From contig NC_091476.1 of the NCBI RefSeq assembly GCF_036971445.1, positions 58,962,001 through 59,026,000 on the forward strand: a DNA stretch of 64,000 bases, written 5' to 3'. Shown here in pieces: positions 48,601-61,900 of the stretch; the first letter of the stretch is position 1, and every line of letters starts with the position of its first letter. Source of the stretch: Narcine bancroftii. Lineage: Eukaryota. The translations under genes were made by a program, and so were the position numbers. The notes beneath the pieces were generated by a model, which saw only the letters and a list, made by a program, of their open reading frames with translations, was not told the DNA's origin and made no database searches.

Positions 48601-50790
48601 GTACTCCAGACCTAGCCTCACCAGTACTCCTGGTCCAGCCTCACCAGTACTCCATGCCCAGCCTCCCAAATACTCCAGGCTCAGCCTCCCTTGTCCACCA
48701 GGCCCATATATTACCAGTACTTCAGGCCCAGCCTCACCAGTACTCCAGGCCCAGCCTCACCAGTACTCCAGGCCCAGCCTCCCCAGTATTCCAGGCGCAG
48801 CCTCACCAGTACTCCAGGCCCAGACTCACCAATACTCCTGGCCCAGCCTCACCAGTACTCCAGGCCCAGCCTCCACAGTATTCCAGGCCCAGCCTCACCC
48901 GTACTCCAGGCCCAGCCTCACCCGTACTCCTGGCCCAGCCTCACCAGTACTCCAGGCCCAGCCTCACCAGCACTCCAGGCACAGCATTACCAGTACTCCA
49001 GGCCCCGCCTCACCAGAACTCCAGCGCCAGCCTCACCAGTACTCCAGGCCCAGCCTCACCAGTACATTAGGTCCAGCCTCACCAGTACTCCAGGACTATT
49101 TCACTCGTACCATGTGAAGCCTCCCCAGCACTCCAGGCCCAGCCTCCCCAGCACTCCAGGCCCAGCCTCCCCTGCACTCCAGTCCCAGCCTCCCCAGGAC
49201 TCCAGGCCCAGCCTCCCCAGCACTCCAAACCCAGCCGCCCCAGCACTCCAGGTCCCGCGTACCCAGTACTCAAGGCCCAGCCTTCCTAGTACTCCAGGTC
49301 CAGCTTCACCAGTACTCCTGGCACATCCTCACCAGTTATCCAGGCCCAGCCTCACCAGTACTCCAGGCCCCGTCACCCCTGTACTCCAGTCCCAGCCACC
49401 CCAGGATTCCAGGCCCAGCCTTCCCAGTACTCCAGTTCCAGCTTCCCCAGTACTCCTGGCACTGCGTCACAAGTACTCCAGGCCCAGCCTCACCAGTACT
49501 CCAGGCCCAGCCTCCCCTGTACACCAGACCCAGCCTCACCAGTACTCCAGGCCCGGCCTCACATGAACTAATGGCCCGGCCTCCCCGGTGCAGATAGCGC
49601 GGCCTCGCCGTTGCTCCTGGCGCAGCCTCGCCGGTGCTCCTGGCCCGGCCTCCCCGCTTCTCCTGGACAGGCCTCGCCGGTCCTTCTGGCCTGGTCTCCC
49701 CGGTGCACCTGCCCAGCCTCCCCAGTGCTCCTTGCCCGGCCTCTCCGGTGCTCCTGGCGGGTTCTCTACGGTGCTTCTGGCCCGGCCTCCCCGGTGCTCC
49801 TGGCCCTGCCTCGCCGGTGCTCCTGGCCCGGCCTCGCCTGTGCTCCTGGCCATGCCTCGGCGGTGCTCCTGGTGCGGCCTTCCCGTTGCTCCTGGCACGA
49901 CCTCCCCAGCGCTGCAGGCCCGGCCTCCCCAGCACTGCAGCCCACTCATCCCAGCACTCCAGGCCTAGCCTCCCCAGCACTACAGGTCCAGCCTCCCTAG
50001 TACTCCAGGCCCGGCCACCCCAGCACTCCAGACCCAGCCTTCCCAGTACTCCAGGCCCAGCCGCCCCAGTAGTCCAGACCTGGACTCACCAGTACTCCTG
50101 GTCGAGCCTCACCAGTGCTCCAGGCCCAGCCTCCCCAGTACTCAGGGCTCAGCCTACCTTGTCCACCAGGCCCATCTTCACCAGTACTCCAGGCCCAGCC
50201 TCACCAGTACTCCAGGCCCAGCCTCACCAGGCCCAGCCTTGCCAGTAATCCAGGCCCAGCCTCACCAGTACTCCTGGTCCTGCCTCACCAGTTCTCTAGG
50301 GCCAGCTTCACAAGTACTCCAGGCCCAGCCTCCCCAGTACTCCAGGCTCAGCCTCCCTTGTCCACCAGGCCCATCTTCACCAGTACTCCAGGCCCAGCCT
50401 CACCAGTACTCCAGGCCCAGCCTCACCAGTACTCCAGACCTAGCCTCACCGGTACTCCTGGTCCAGCCTCACCAGTGCTCCAGACCTAGCCTCACCAGTA
50501 CTCCAGGCCCAGCCTCACCAGTACTCCAGGCCCAGCCTCCCCAGTACTCCAGGCTCAGCCTCCCTTGTCCACCAGGCCCATCTATACCAGTACTCCAGGC
50601 CGAGCATCACCAGTACTCCAGGCCCAGCCTCACCAGTACTCCAGGCCCAGCCTTGCCTGTAATCCAGGCCCAGCCTCACCAGTACTCCAGGGCCAGCCTC
50701 ACGAATTCTCTAGGGCCAGCTTCACAAGTACTCCAGGTCCAGCCTCAGCAGTACTCCAGGTCAAGCCTCACCAGTACTCCAGGCCCAGCC
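39690..50790. repeat. ~5.9-kb higher-order tandem duplication
   Basis: Near-identical ORF translations at offset 5866 (39820/45686, 41030/46896), then 5935, i.e. 3 extra monomers (41170/47105, 43401/49336, 44630/50565). Confidence 0.9.
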
Positions 50791-51131
50791 TCACCAGTAC
50801 TCCAGGTCCAGCCTCACCAGTACTCAAGGTCAAGCCTCACCAATACTCCAGGCCCAGCCTCAACAGTACTTCAGGCCCAGTCTCACCAGTACTCCAGGCC
50901 CAGGCTCCCCAGTATTCCAGGTGCAGCCTCACCAGTACTCCAGGCCCAGACTCACCAGTACTCCTGGCCCAGCCTCACCAGTACTCCAGGCCCAGCCTCC
51001 CCAGTATTCCAGGACCAGCGTCACCAGCGCTCCAGGCCCAGCCTCCCCAGTATTCCAGGCCCAGCTTCACCAGTACTCCAGGCCCAGCCTCACCAGTACT
51101 CCAGGCCCAGCCTCACCAGTACACCAGGCCC

Positions 51132-51143
51132 AGCCTCACCATT
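51132..51143 (+). other. LINE target-site duplication AGCCTCACCATT, left copy (right copy 52919-52930)
   Basis: Identical 12-mer on both flanks. Empty paralogous sites read AGCCTCACCATTACTCC (e.g. ~40780, ~55440). Confidence 0.9.
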
Positions 51144-52918
51144 TTTTTCTTTGGCTTGGCTTCGCGGACGAAGATTTATGGAGGGGGTAAAAAGTCCACG
51201 TCAGCTGCAGGCTCGTTTGTGGCTGACCAGTCCGATGCGGGACAGGCAGACACGATTGCAGCGGTTGCAAGGGAAAATTGGTTGGTTGGGGTTGGGTGTT
51301 GGGTTTTTCCTCCTTTGCCTTTTGTCAGTGAGGTGGGCTCTGCGGTCTTCTTCAAAGGAGGCTGCTGCCTGCCAAACTGTGAGGCGCCAAGATGCACGGT
51401 TTGAGGCGTTATCAGCCCACTGGCGGTGGTCAATGTGGCAGGCACCAAGAGATTTCTTTAGGCAGTCCTTGTACCTTTTCTTTGGTGCACCTCTGTCACG
51501 GTGGCCAGTGGAGAGCTCGCCATATAATACGATCTTGGGAAGGCGATGGTCCTCCATTCTGGAGACGTGACCCATCCAGCGCAGCTGGATCTTCAGCAGC
51601 GTTGACGCGATGCTGTCGACCTCTGCCATCTCGAGTACCTCGACGTTAGGGGTGTGAGCGCTCCAATGGATGTTGAGGATGGAGCGGAGACAACGCTGGT
51701 GGAAGCGTTCTAGGAGCCGTAGGTGGTGCCGGTAGAGGACCCATGATTCGGAGCCGAACAGGAGTGTGGGTATGACAACGGCTCTGTATACGCTTATCTT
51801 TGTGAGGTTTTTCAGTTGGTTGTTTTTCCAGACTCTTTTGTGTAGTCTTCCAAAGGCGCTATTTGCCTTGGCGAGTCTGTTGTCTATCTCATTGTTGATC
51901 CTTGCATCTGATGAAATGGTGCAGCCGAGATAGGTAAACTGGTTGACCGTTTTGAGTTTTGTGTGCCCGATGGAGATGTGGGGGGGCTGGTAGTCATGGT
52001 GGGGAGCTGGCTGATGGAGGACCTCAGTTTTCTTCAGGCTGACTTCCAGGCCAAACATTTTGGCAGTTTCCGCAAAGCAGGACGTCAAGCGCTGAAGAGC
52101 TGGCTCTGAATGGGCAACTAAAGCGGCATCATCTGCAAAGAGTAGTTCACGGACAAGTTTCTCTTGTGTCTTGGTGTGAGCTTGCAGGCGCCTCAGATTG
52201 AAGAGACTGCCATCCGTGCGGTACCGGATGTAAACAGCGTCTTCATTGTTGGGGTCTTTCATGGCTTGGTTCAGCATCATGCTGAAGAAGATTGAAAAGA
52301 GGGTTGGTGCGAGAACACAGCCTTGCTTCACGCCATTGTTAATGGAGAAGGGTTCAGAGAGCTCATTGCTGTATCTGACCCGACCTTGTTGGTTTTCGTG
52401 CAGTTGGATAATCATGTTGAGGAACTTTGGGGGACATCCGATGCGCCCTAGTATTTGCCAAAGCCCTTTCCTGCTCACGGTGTCGAAGGCTTTGGTGAGG
52501 TCAACAAAGGTGATGTAGAGTCCTTTGTTTTGTTCTCTGCACTTTTCTTGGAGCTGTCTGAGGGCAAAGACCATGTCAGTGGTTCCTCTGTTTGCGCGAA
52601 AGCCGCACTGTGATTCTGGGAGAATATTCTCAGCGACACTAGGTATTATTCTATTTAGTAGAATCCTAGCGAAGATTTTGCCTGCAATGGAGAGCAACGT
52701 GATTCCCCTGTAGTTTGAGCAGTCTGATTTCTCGCCTTTGTTTTTGTACAGGGTGATGATGGTGGCATCACGAAGATCCTGAGGCAGTTTACCTTGGTCC
52801 CAACAAAGCTTGAAAAACTCATGCAGTTTGGCATGCAGAGTTTTGCCGCCAGCCTCCCAGACTTCTGGGGGGGATTCCATCCATACCTGCTGCTTTGCCA
52901 CTTTTCAGTTGTTCGATT
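51144..52918 (-). mobile_element. 5'-truncated RTE-clade (BovB-like) non-LTR retrotransposon, 1.78 kb
   Basis: RT ORF, ~55-nt 3' UTR ending GCCAAGCCAAAGAAAAA, 12-bp TSD, and no endonuclease domain. Confidence 0.93.
51201..52917 (-). pseudogene. Truncated LINE ORF: reverse transcriptase plus C-terminal Cys/His motif
   Basis: Motifs YRGITLLS, QCGFR, FVDLTKAFD, GVKQGCVLAP, LFADD and YLG, with C-terminal CNRC..SHKRAC. Open for ~555 codons. The upstream IEQLKSGKAAGMDGIP segment is out of frame by one base at the G7 run 52867-52873. Confidence 0.92.
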
Positions 52919-55900
52919 AGCCTCACCATTACTCCAGGCCTATTTCACTTGCACTCCATGTGAAGCCTCCCCATCACTCCAGGCCCAGCCTCCCCAGCAC
53001 TCCTGTGCCAGCCTCCCGAGGACTCCAGGCCCAGCCTTCCCAGCACTCCAGGCCCAGCCTCTCCAGCACTCCAGGTCCCACCTACCCAGTAATCCAGGCC
53101 CAGCCTCACCAGTACTCCAAACCCAGCCTCCCCTGTACTCCAGGCACAACCTCACCAGGCCCGGCCTCCCCGGTGCTCCTAGCGCGGTATCGCCGGTGCT
53201 CCTGGCCCAGCCTCGTAGGTATTCCTGGCCAGGACTCCCCGCTGCTCCTGGCCCGGCCTCGCCATTGCTCCTGGCCTGGCCTCCCCGGTTCTCCTGTCCC
53301 GGCCTCCCCGATGCTCCTGGCCCGTTCTCCCCAGTGCTCCTGGCCCGGCCTCGCCGGTGCTCCTGGACCGGCCTCCCCGGTGCTCCTGGCCCGGCCTCGC
53401 CGGTGCTCCTGGCCCGGCCTCGCCGGTGCTAATGGCCCGGCCTCGCCGGTGATCCTAGCGCGGCCTTGCCGTTGCTCCTGGCCCAGACTCGCCAGTGCTC
53501 CTGGCCCGGCCTACCCGCTGCTCCTGGCCTGGCCTCGCCGGTCCTCCAGGCCTGGCCTCCCCGGTGCACCTGGCCCGGCCTCCCCGGTGCTCCTGGCCCG
53601 GCCTCTCCGGTTCTCCTGGCCCAGCGTCACCAGTACTCCAGGCCCAGCCTCACCAGTACTCCTGGCCCAGCCTCACAAGTACTCCAGGCCCAGCCTCACC
53701 AGTACTCCAGGCCCAGCCTCACCAGTACTCCAGGCCCAGCCTCCCCTGTACTCCAGACCCAGCCTCACCAGTACTCCAGGCCAGGCCTCACATGAACTAA
53801 TGGCCCAGCCTCCCCGGTGCAGATAGCGCGGCCTCGCCGTTGCTCCTGGCCCAGCCTCGCCAGTGCTCCTGGCCCGGCCTCCCCGCTGCTCCTGGCCTGG
53901 CCTCGCCTGTCCTTCTGGCCTGGTCTCCCCGGTGCACCTGGCCCGGCCTCCCCGGTGCTCCTTGCCCGGCCTCTCCGGTGCTCCTGGCCGGTTCTCTACG
54001 GTGCTCCTGGACCGGCCTCGCCGGTGCTCCTGAACCGGCCTCCCCGGTGCTCCTGGCCCGGCCTCCCCGATGCTGCTGGCCCTGCCTCGCCGGTGCTCCT
54101 GGCCCGGCCTCGCCTGTGCTCCTGGCCATGCCTCGGCGGTGCTCCTGGTGCGGCCTTCCCGATGCTCCTGGCCCGGCCTCCCCTGTGCTCCTGGCCCGGT
54201 CTCCGCTGTGCTTCTGGCCCGTCCTCCCCGGTCCTCCAGGCCCGGCCTCCCCGGTGCTCCTGGCACGACCTCCCCAGCGCTGCAGGCCCGGACTCCCCAG
54301 CACTGCAGCCCACTCATCCCAGCACTCCAGACCCAGCCTTCCCAGTACTCCAGGCCCAGCCGCCCCAGTAGTCCAGACCTAGCCTCACCAGTACTCCTGG
54401 TCGAGCCTCACCAGTGCTCCAGGCCCAGCCTCGCCAGTACTCAAGGCTCAGCCTACCTTGTCCACCAGGCCCATCTTCACCAGTACTCCAGGCCCAGCCT
54501 CACCAGAACTCCAGGACCAGCCTCACCAGTATTCCAGGCCCAGCCTTGCCAGTAATCTAGGCCCAGCCACACCAGTACTCCTGGGCCTGCCTCACCAGTT
54601 CTCTAGGGCCAGCTTCACAAGTACTCCAGGCCCAGCCTCCCCAGTACTCCAGGCTCAGCCTCCCTTGTCCACCAGGCCCATCTTCACCAGTACTCCAGGC
54701 CCAGCCTCACCAGTACTCCAGGCCCAGCCTCACCAGTACTCCAGACCTAGCCTCACCGGTACTCCTGGTCCAGCCTCACCAGTGCTCCAGACCTAGCCTC
54801 ACCAGTACTCCAGGCCCAGCCTCACCAGTACTCCAGGCCCAGCCTCCCCAGTACTCCAGGCTCAGCCTCCCTTGTCCACCAGGCCCATCTATACCAGTAC
54901 TCCAGGCCGAGCATCACCAGTACTCCAGGCCCAGCCTCACCAGTACTCCAGGCCCAGCCTTGCCAGTAATCCAGGCCCAGCCTCACCAGTACTCCAGGGC
55001 CAGCCTCACGAATTCTCTAGGGCCAGCTTCACAAGTACTCCAGGTCCAGCCTCAGCAGTACTCCAGGTCAAGCCTCACCAGTACTCCAGGCCCAGCCTCA
55101 CCAGTACTCCAGGTCCAGCCTCACCAGTACTCAAGGTCAAGCCTCACCAATACTCCAGGCCCAGCCTCAACAGTACTCCAGGCCCAGACTCACCAGTACT
55201 TCAGGCCCAGTCTCACCAGTACTCCAGGCCCAGGCTCCCCAGTATTCCAGGTGCAGCCTCACCAGTACTCCAGGCCCAGACTCACCAGTACTCCTGGCCC
55301 AGCCTCACCAGTACTCCAGGCCCAGCCTCCCCAGTACTCCAGGACCAGCGTCACCAGCGCTCCAGGCCCAGCCTCCCCAGCACTCCAGGCCCAGCCTCAC
55401 CAGTACTCCAGGCCCAGCCTCACCAGTACACCAGGCCCAGCCTCACCATTACTCCAGGCCTATTTCACTTGCACTCCATGTGAAGCCTCCCCATCACTCC
55501 AGGTCCAGCCTCCCCAGCACTCCTGTGCCAGCCTCCCGAGGACTCCAGGCCCAGCCTTCCCAGCACTCCAGGCCCAGCCTCTCCAGCACTCCAGGTCCCA
55601 CCTACCCAGTAATCCAGGCCCAGCCTCACCAGTACTCCAAACCCAGCCTCCCCTGTACTCCAGGCACAACATCACCAGGCCCGGCCTCCCCGGTGCTCCT
55701 AGCGCGGTATCGCCGGTGCTCCTGGCCCAGCCTCGTAGGTATTCCTGGCCAGGACTCCCCGCTGCTCCTGGCCCGGCCTCGCCGTTGCTCCTGGCCTGGC
55801 CTCCCCGGTTCTCCTGTCCCGGCCTCCCCGATGCTCCTGGCCCGTTCTCCCCAGTGCTCCTGGCCCGGCCTCGCCAGTGCTCCTGGACCGGCCTCCCCGG

Positions 55901-58900
55901 TGCTCCTGGCCCGGCCTCGCCGGTGCTAATGGCCCGGCCTCGCCGGTGATCCTAGCGCGGCCTTGCCGTTGCTCCTGGCCCAGACTCGCCAGTGCTCCTG
56001 GCCCGGCCTACCCGCTGCTCCTGGCCCGGCCTCGCCGGTCCTCCAGGCCTGGCCTCCCCGGTGCACCTGGCCCGGCCTCCCCGGTGCTCCTGGCCCGGCC
56101 TCTCCGGTTCTCCTAGCCCAGCGTCACCAGTACTCCAGGCCCAGCCTCACCAGTACTCCTGGCCCAGCCTCACAAGTACTCCAGGCCCAGCCTCACCAGT
56201 ACTCCAGGCCCAGCCTCACCAGTACTCCAGGCCCAGCCTCCCCTGTACTCCAGACCCAGCCTCACCAGTACTCCAGGCCAGGCCTCACATGAACTAATGG
56301 CCCAGCCTCCCCGGTGCAGATAGCGTGGCCTCGCCGTTGCTCCTGGCCCAGCCTCGCCAGTGCTCCTGGCCCGGCCTCCCCGCTGCTCCTGGCCCGGCCT
56401 CCCCGCTGCTCCTGGCCCAGCCTCGCCTGTTCTTCTGGCCTGGTCTCCCCGGTGCACCTGGCCCGGCCTCCCCGGTGCTCCTTGCCCGGCCTCTCCGGTG
56501 CTCCTGGCCGGTTCTCTACGGTGCTCCTGGCCCGGCCTCGCCGGTGCTCCTGAGCCGGCCTCCCCGGTGCTCCTGGCCCGGCCTCCCCGGTGCTGCTGGC
56601 CCTGCCTCGCCGGTCCTCCTGGCCCGGCCTCGCCTGTGCTCCTGGCCATGCCTCGGCGGTGCTCCTGGTGCGGCCTTCCCGATGCTCCTGGCCCGGCCTC
56701 CCCTGTGCTCCTGGCCCGGTCTCCGCTGTGCTTCTGGCCCGTCCTCCCCGGTCCTCCAGGCCCGGCCTCCCCGGTGCTCCTGGCACGACCTCCCCAGCGC
56801 TGCAGGACCGGACTCCCCAGCACTGCAGCCCACTCATCCCAGCACTCCAGACCCAGCCTTCCCAGTAGTCCAGGCCCAGCCGCCCCAGTAGTCCAGACCT
56901 AGCCTCACCAGTACTCCTGGTCGAGCCTCACCAGTGCTCCAGGCCCAGCCTCGCCAGTACTCAAGGCTCAGCCTACCTTGTCCACCAGGCCCATCTTCAC
57001 CAGTACTCCAGGCCCAGCCTCACCAGAACTCCAGGACCAGCCTAACCAGTACTCCAGGCCCAGCCTTGCCAGTAATCGAGGCCCAGCCTCACCAGTACTC
57101 CTGGGCCTGCCTCACCAGTTCTCTAGGGCCAGCTTCACAAGTACTCCAGGCCCAGCCTCCCCAGTACTCCAGGCTCAGCCTCCCTTGTCCACCAGGCCCA
57201 TCTTCACCAGTACTCCAGGCCCAGCCTCACCAGTACTCCAGGCCCAGCCTCAACAGTACTCCAGACCTAGCCTCACCAGTACTCCTGGTCCAGCCTCACC
57301 AGTACTCCAGGCCCAGCCTCCCCAGTACTCCAGGCTCAGCCTCCCTTGTCCACCAGGCCCATCTATACCAGTACTCCAGGGCGAGCCTCACCAGTACTCC
57401 AGGCCCAGCCTCACCAGTACTCCAGGCCCAGCCTTGCCAGTAATCCAGGCCCAGCCTCACCAGTACTCCAGGGCCAGCCTCACGAATTCTCTAGGGCCAG
57501 CTTCACAAGTACTCCAGGTCCAGCCTCACCAGTACTCCAGGTCAAGCCTCACCAGTAATCCAGGCCCAGCCTCACCAGTACTCCAGGTCCAGCCTCACCA
57601 GTACTCCAGGTCAAACCTCACCAATACTCCAGGCCCAGCCTCACCAGTACTCCAGGCCCAGACTCACCAGTACTTCAGGCCCAGCCTCACCAGTACTCCA
57701 GGCCCAGGCTCCCCAGTATTCCAGGTGCAGCCTCACCAGTACTCCAGGCCCAGACTCACCAGTACTCCTGGCCCAGCCTCACCAGTACTCCAGGCCCAGC
57801 CTCCCCAGTACTCCAGGACCAGCGTCACCAGCGCTCCAGGCCCAGCCTCCCCAGTATTCCAGGCCCAGCTTCACCAGTACTCCAGGCCCAGCCTCACCAG
57901 TACTCCACGCCCAGCCTCACCAGTACACCAGGCCCAGCCTCACCATTACTCCAGGCCTATTTCACTCGCTCTCCATGTGAAGCCTCCCCAGCACTCCAGG
58001 CCCAGCCTCCCCAGCACTCCTGTGCCAGCCTCCCCAGGACTCGAGGCCTAGCCTTCCCAGCACTCCAGGCCCAGCCTCCCCAGCACTCCAGGTCCCGCCT
58101 ACCCAGTAATCCAGGCCCAGCCTCACCAGTACTCCAAACCCAGCCTCCCCTGTACTCCAGGCCCAACCTCACCAGGCCCGGCCTCACATGAACTCATGGC
58201 CCGGCCTCCGCGGTGCTCCTGGCACGACCTCCCCAGCGCTGCAGGCCCGGACTCCCCAGCACTGCAGCCCACTCATCCCAGCACTCCAGACCCAGCCTTC
58301 CCAGTACTCCAGGCCCAGCCGCCCCAGTAGTCCAGACCTAGCCTCAACAGTACTCCTGGTCGAGCCTCACCAGTGCTCCAGGCCCAGCCTCGCCAGTACT
58401 CAAGGCTCAGCCTACCTTGTCCACCAGGCCCATCTTCACCAGTACTCCAGGCCCAGCCTCACCAGAACTCCAGGACCAGCCTCACCAGTACTCCAGGCCC
58501 AGCCTTGCCAGTAATCCAGGCCCAGCCTCACCAGTACTCCTGGGCCTGCCTCACCAGTTCTCTAGGGCCAGCTTCACAAGTACTCCAGGCCCAGCCTCCC
58601 CAGTACTCCAGGCTCAGCCTCCCTTGTCCACCAGGCCCATCTTCACCAGTACTCCAGGCCCAGCCTCACCAGTAATCCAGGCCCAGCCTCAACAGTACTC
58701 CAGACCTAGCCTCACCAGTACTCCTGGTCCAGCCTCACCAGTACTCCAGGCCCAGCCTCCCCAGTACTCCAGGCTCAGCCTCCCTTGTCCACCAGGCCCA
58801 TCTATACCAGTACTCCAGGGCGAGCCTCACCAGTACTCCAGGCCCAGCCTCACCAGTACTCCAGGCCCAGCCTTGCCAGTAATCCAGGCCCAGCCTCACC

Positions 58901-61900
58901 AGTACTCCAGGGCCAGCCTCACGAATTCTCTAGGGCCAGCTTCACAAGTACTCCAGGTCCAGCCTCACCAGTACTCCAGGTCAAGCCTCACCAGTAATCC
59001 AGGCCCAGCCTCACCAGTACTCCAGGTCCAGCCTCACCAGTACTCCAGGTCAAACCTCACCAATACTCCAGGCCCAGCCTCACCAGTACTCCAGGCCCAG
59101 ACTCACCAGTACTTCAGGCCCAGCCTCACCAGTACTCCAGGCCCAGGCTCCCCAGTATTCCAGGTGCAGCCTCACCAGTACTCCTGGCCCAGCCTCACCA
59201 GTACTCCAGGCCCAGCCTCCCCAGTACTCCAGGACCAGCGTCACCAGAGCTCCAGGCCCAGCCTCCCCAGTATTCCAGGCCCAGCTTCACCAGTACTCCA
59301 GGCCCAGCCTCACCAGTACTCCAGGCCCAGCCTCACCAGTACACCAGGCCCAGCCTCACCATTACTCCAGGCCTATTTCACTCGCTCTCCATGTGAAGCC
59401 TCCCCAGCACTCCAGGCCCAGCCTCCCCAGCACTCCTGTGCCAGCCTCCCCAGGACTCGAGGCCTAGCCTTCCCAGCACTCCAGGCCCAGCCTCCCCAGC
59501 ACTCCAGGTCCCGCCTACCCAGTAATCCAGGCCCAGCCTCACCAGTACTCCAAACCCAGCCTCCCCTGTACTCCAGTCCCAACCTCACCAGGCCCGGCCT
59601 CACATGAACTCATGGCCCGGCCTCCGCGGTGCTCCTGGCACGACCTCCCCAGCGCTGCAGGCCCGGACTCCCCAGCGCTGCAGGCCCGGACTCCCCAGCA
59701 CTGCAGCCCACTCATCCCAGCACTCCAGACCCAGCCTTCCCAGTACTCCAGGCCCAGCCGCCCCAGTAGTCCAGACCTAGCCTCACCAGTACTCCTGGTC
59801 GAGCCTCACCAGTGCTCCAGGCCCAGCCTCACCAGTACTCAAGGTCAAGCCTCACCAATACTCCAGGCCCAGCCTCAACAGTACTCCAGGCCCAGACTCA
59901 CCAGTACTTCAGGCCCAGTCTCACCAGTACTCCAGGCCCAGGCTCCCCAGTATTCCAGGTGCAGCCTCACCAGTACTCCAGGCCCAGACTCACCAGTACT
60001 CCTGGCCCAGCCTCACCAGTACTCCAGGCCCAGCCTCCCCAGTACTCCAGGACCAGCGTCACCAGCGCTCCAGGCCCAGCCTCCCCAGTATTCCAGGCCC
60101 AGCTTCACCAGTACTCCAGGCCCAGCCTCACCAGTACTCCAGGCCCAGCCTCACCAGTACACCAGGCCCAGCCTCACCATTACTCCAGGCCTATTTCACT
60201 TGCACTCCATGTGAAGCCTCCCCATCACTCCAGGCCCAGCCTCCCCAGCACTCCTGTGCCAGCCTCCCGAGGACTCCAGGCCCAGCCTTCCCAGCACTCC
60301 AGGCCCAGCCTCTCCAGCACTCCAGGTCCCACCTACCCAGTAATCCAGGCCCAGCCTCACCAGTACTCCAAACCCAGCCTCCCCTGTACTCCAGGCACAA
60401 CCTCACCAGGCCCGGCCTCCCCGGTGCTCCTAGCGCGGTATCGCCGGTGCTCCTGGCCCGGCCTCGCCGTTGCTCCTGGCCTGGCCTCCCCGGTTCTCCT
60501 GTCCCGGCCTCCCCGATGCTCCTGGCCCGTTCTCCCCAGTGCTCCTGGCCCGGCCTCGCCGGTGCTCCTGGACCGGCCTCCGCGGTGCTCCTGGCCCGGC
60601 CTCGCCGGTGCTAATGGCCCGGCCTCGCCGGTGATCCTAGCGCGGCCTTGCCGTTGCTCCTGGCCCAGACTCGCCAGTGCTCCTGGCCCGGCCTACCCGC
60701 TGCTCCTGGCCCGGCCTCGCCGGTCCTCCAGGCCTGGCCTCCCCGGTGCACCTGGCCCGGCCTCCCCGGTGCTCCTGGCCCGGCCTCTCCGGTTCTCCTG
60801 GCCCAGCGTCACCAGTACTCCAGGGCGAGCCTCACCAGTACTCCAGGCCCAGCCTCACCAGTACTCCAGGCCCAGCCTTGCCAGTAATCCAGGCCCAGCC
60901 TCACCAGTACTCCAGGGCCAGCCTCACGAATTCTCTAGGGCCAGCTTCACAAGTACTCCAGGTCCAGCCTCACCAGTACTCCAGGTCAAGCCTCACCAGT
61001 AATCCAGGCCCAGCCTCACCAGTACTCCAGGTCCAGCCTCACCAGTACTCCAGGTCAAACCTCACCAATACTCCAGGCCCAGCCTCACCAGTACTCCAGG
61101 CCCAGACTCACCAGTACTTCAGGCCCAGCCTCACCAGTACTCCAGGCCCAGGCTCCCCAGTATTCCAGGTGCAGCCTCACCAGTACTCCAGGCCCAGACT
61201 CACCAGTACTCCTGGCCCAGCCTCACCAGTACTCCAGGCCCAGCCTCCCCAGTACTCCAGGACCAGCGTCACCAGCGCTCCAGGCCCAGCCTCCCCAGTA
61301 TTCCAGGCCCAGCTTCACCAGTACTCCAGGCCCAGCCTCACCAGTACTCCAGGTCCAGCCTCACCAGTACACCAGGCCCAGACTCACCATTACTCCAGGC
61401 CTATTTCACTCGCTCTCCATGTGAAGCCTCCCCAGCACTCCAGGCCCAGCCTCCCCAGCACTCCTGTGCCAGCCTCCCCAGGACTCGAGGCCTAGCCTTC
61501 CCAGCACTCCAGGCCCAGCCTCCCCAGCACTCCAGGTCCCGCCTACCCAGTAATCCAGGCCCAGCCTCACCAGTACTCCAAACCCAGCCTCCCCTGTACT
61601 CCAGGCCCAACCTCACCAGGCCCGGCCTCACATGAACTCATGGCCCGACCTCCGCGGTGCTCCTGGCACGACCTCCCCAGCGCTGCAGGCCCGGACTCCC
61701 CAGCACTGCAGCCCACTCATCCCAGCACTCCAGACCCAGCCTTCCCAGTACTCCAGGCCCAGCCGCCCCAGTAGTCCAGACCTAGCCTCACCAGTACTCC
61801 TGGTCGAGCCTCACCAGTGCTCCAGGCCCAGCCTCGCCAGTACTCAAGGCTCAGCCTACCTTGTCCACCAGGCCCATCTTCACCAGTACTCCAGGCCCAG

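Larger units (their letters stand above)
38308..51143. repeat. 23-bp satellite array, middle part; last spacer-containing module at ~38.5-38.95 kb, then a B-dominated domain
   Basis: Same 23-bp monomers. No spacer marker seen after ~38850. Confidence 0.97.

Noticed and set aside
50239-51570. 443-aa ORF running from satellite into the LINE
   Set aside because: Chance read-through into the antisense strand of the LINE.
52871-52901. N-terminus MAKQQVWMES of the 566-aa RT ORF
   Set aside because: Wrong frame upstream of the G7 homopolymer. The homologous frame reads IEQLKSGKAAGMDGIP, and the element is 5'-truncated.
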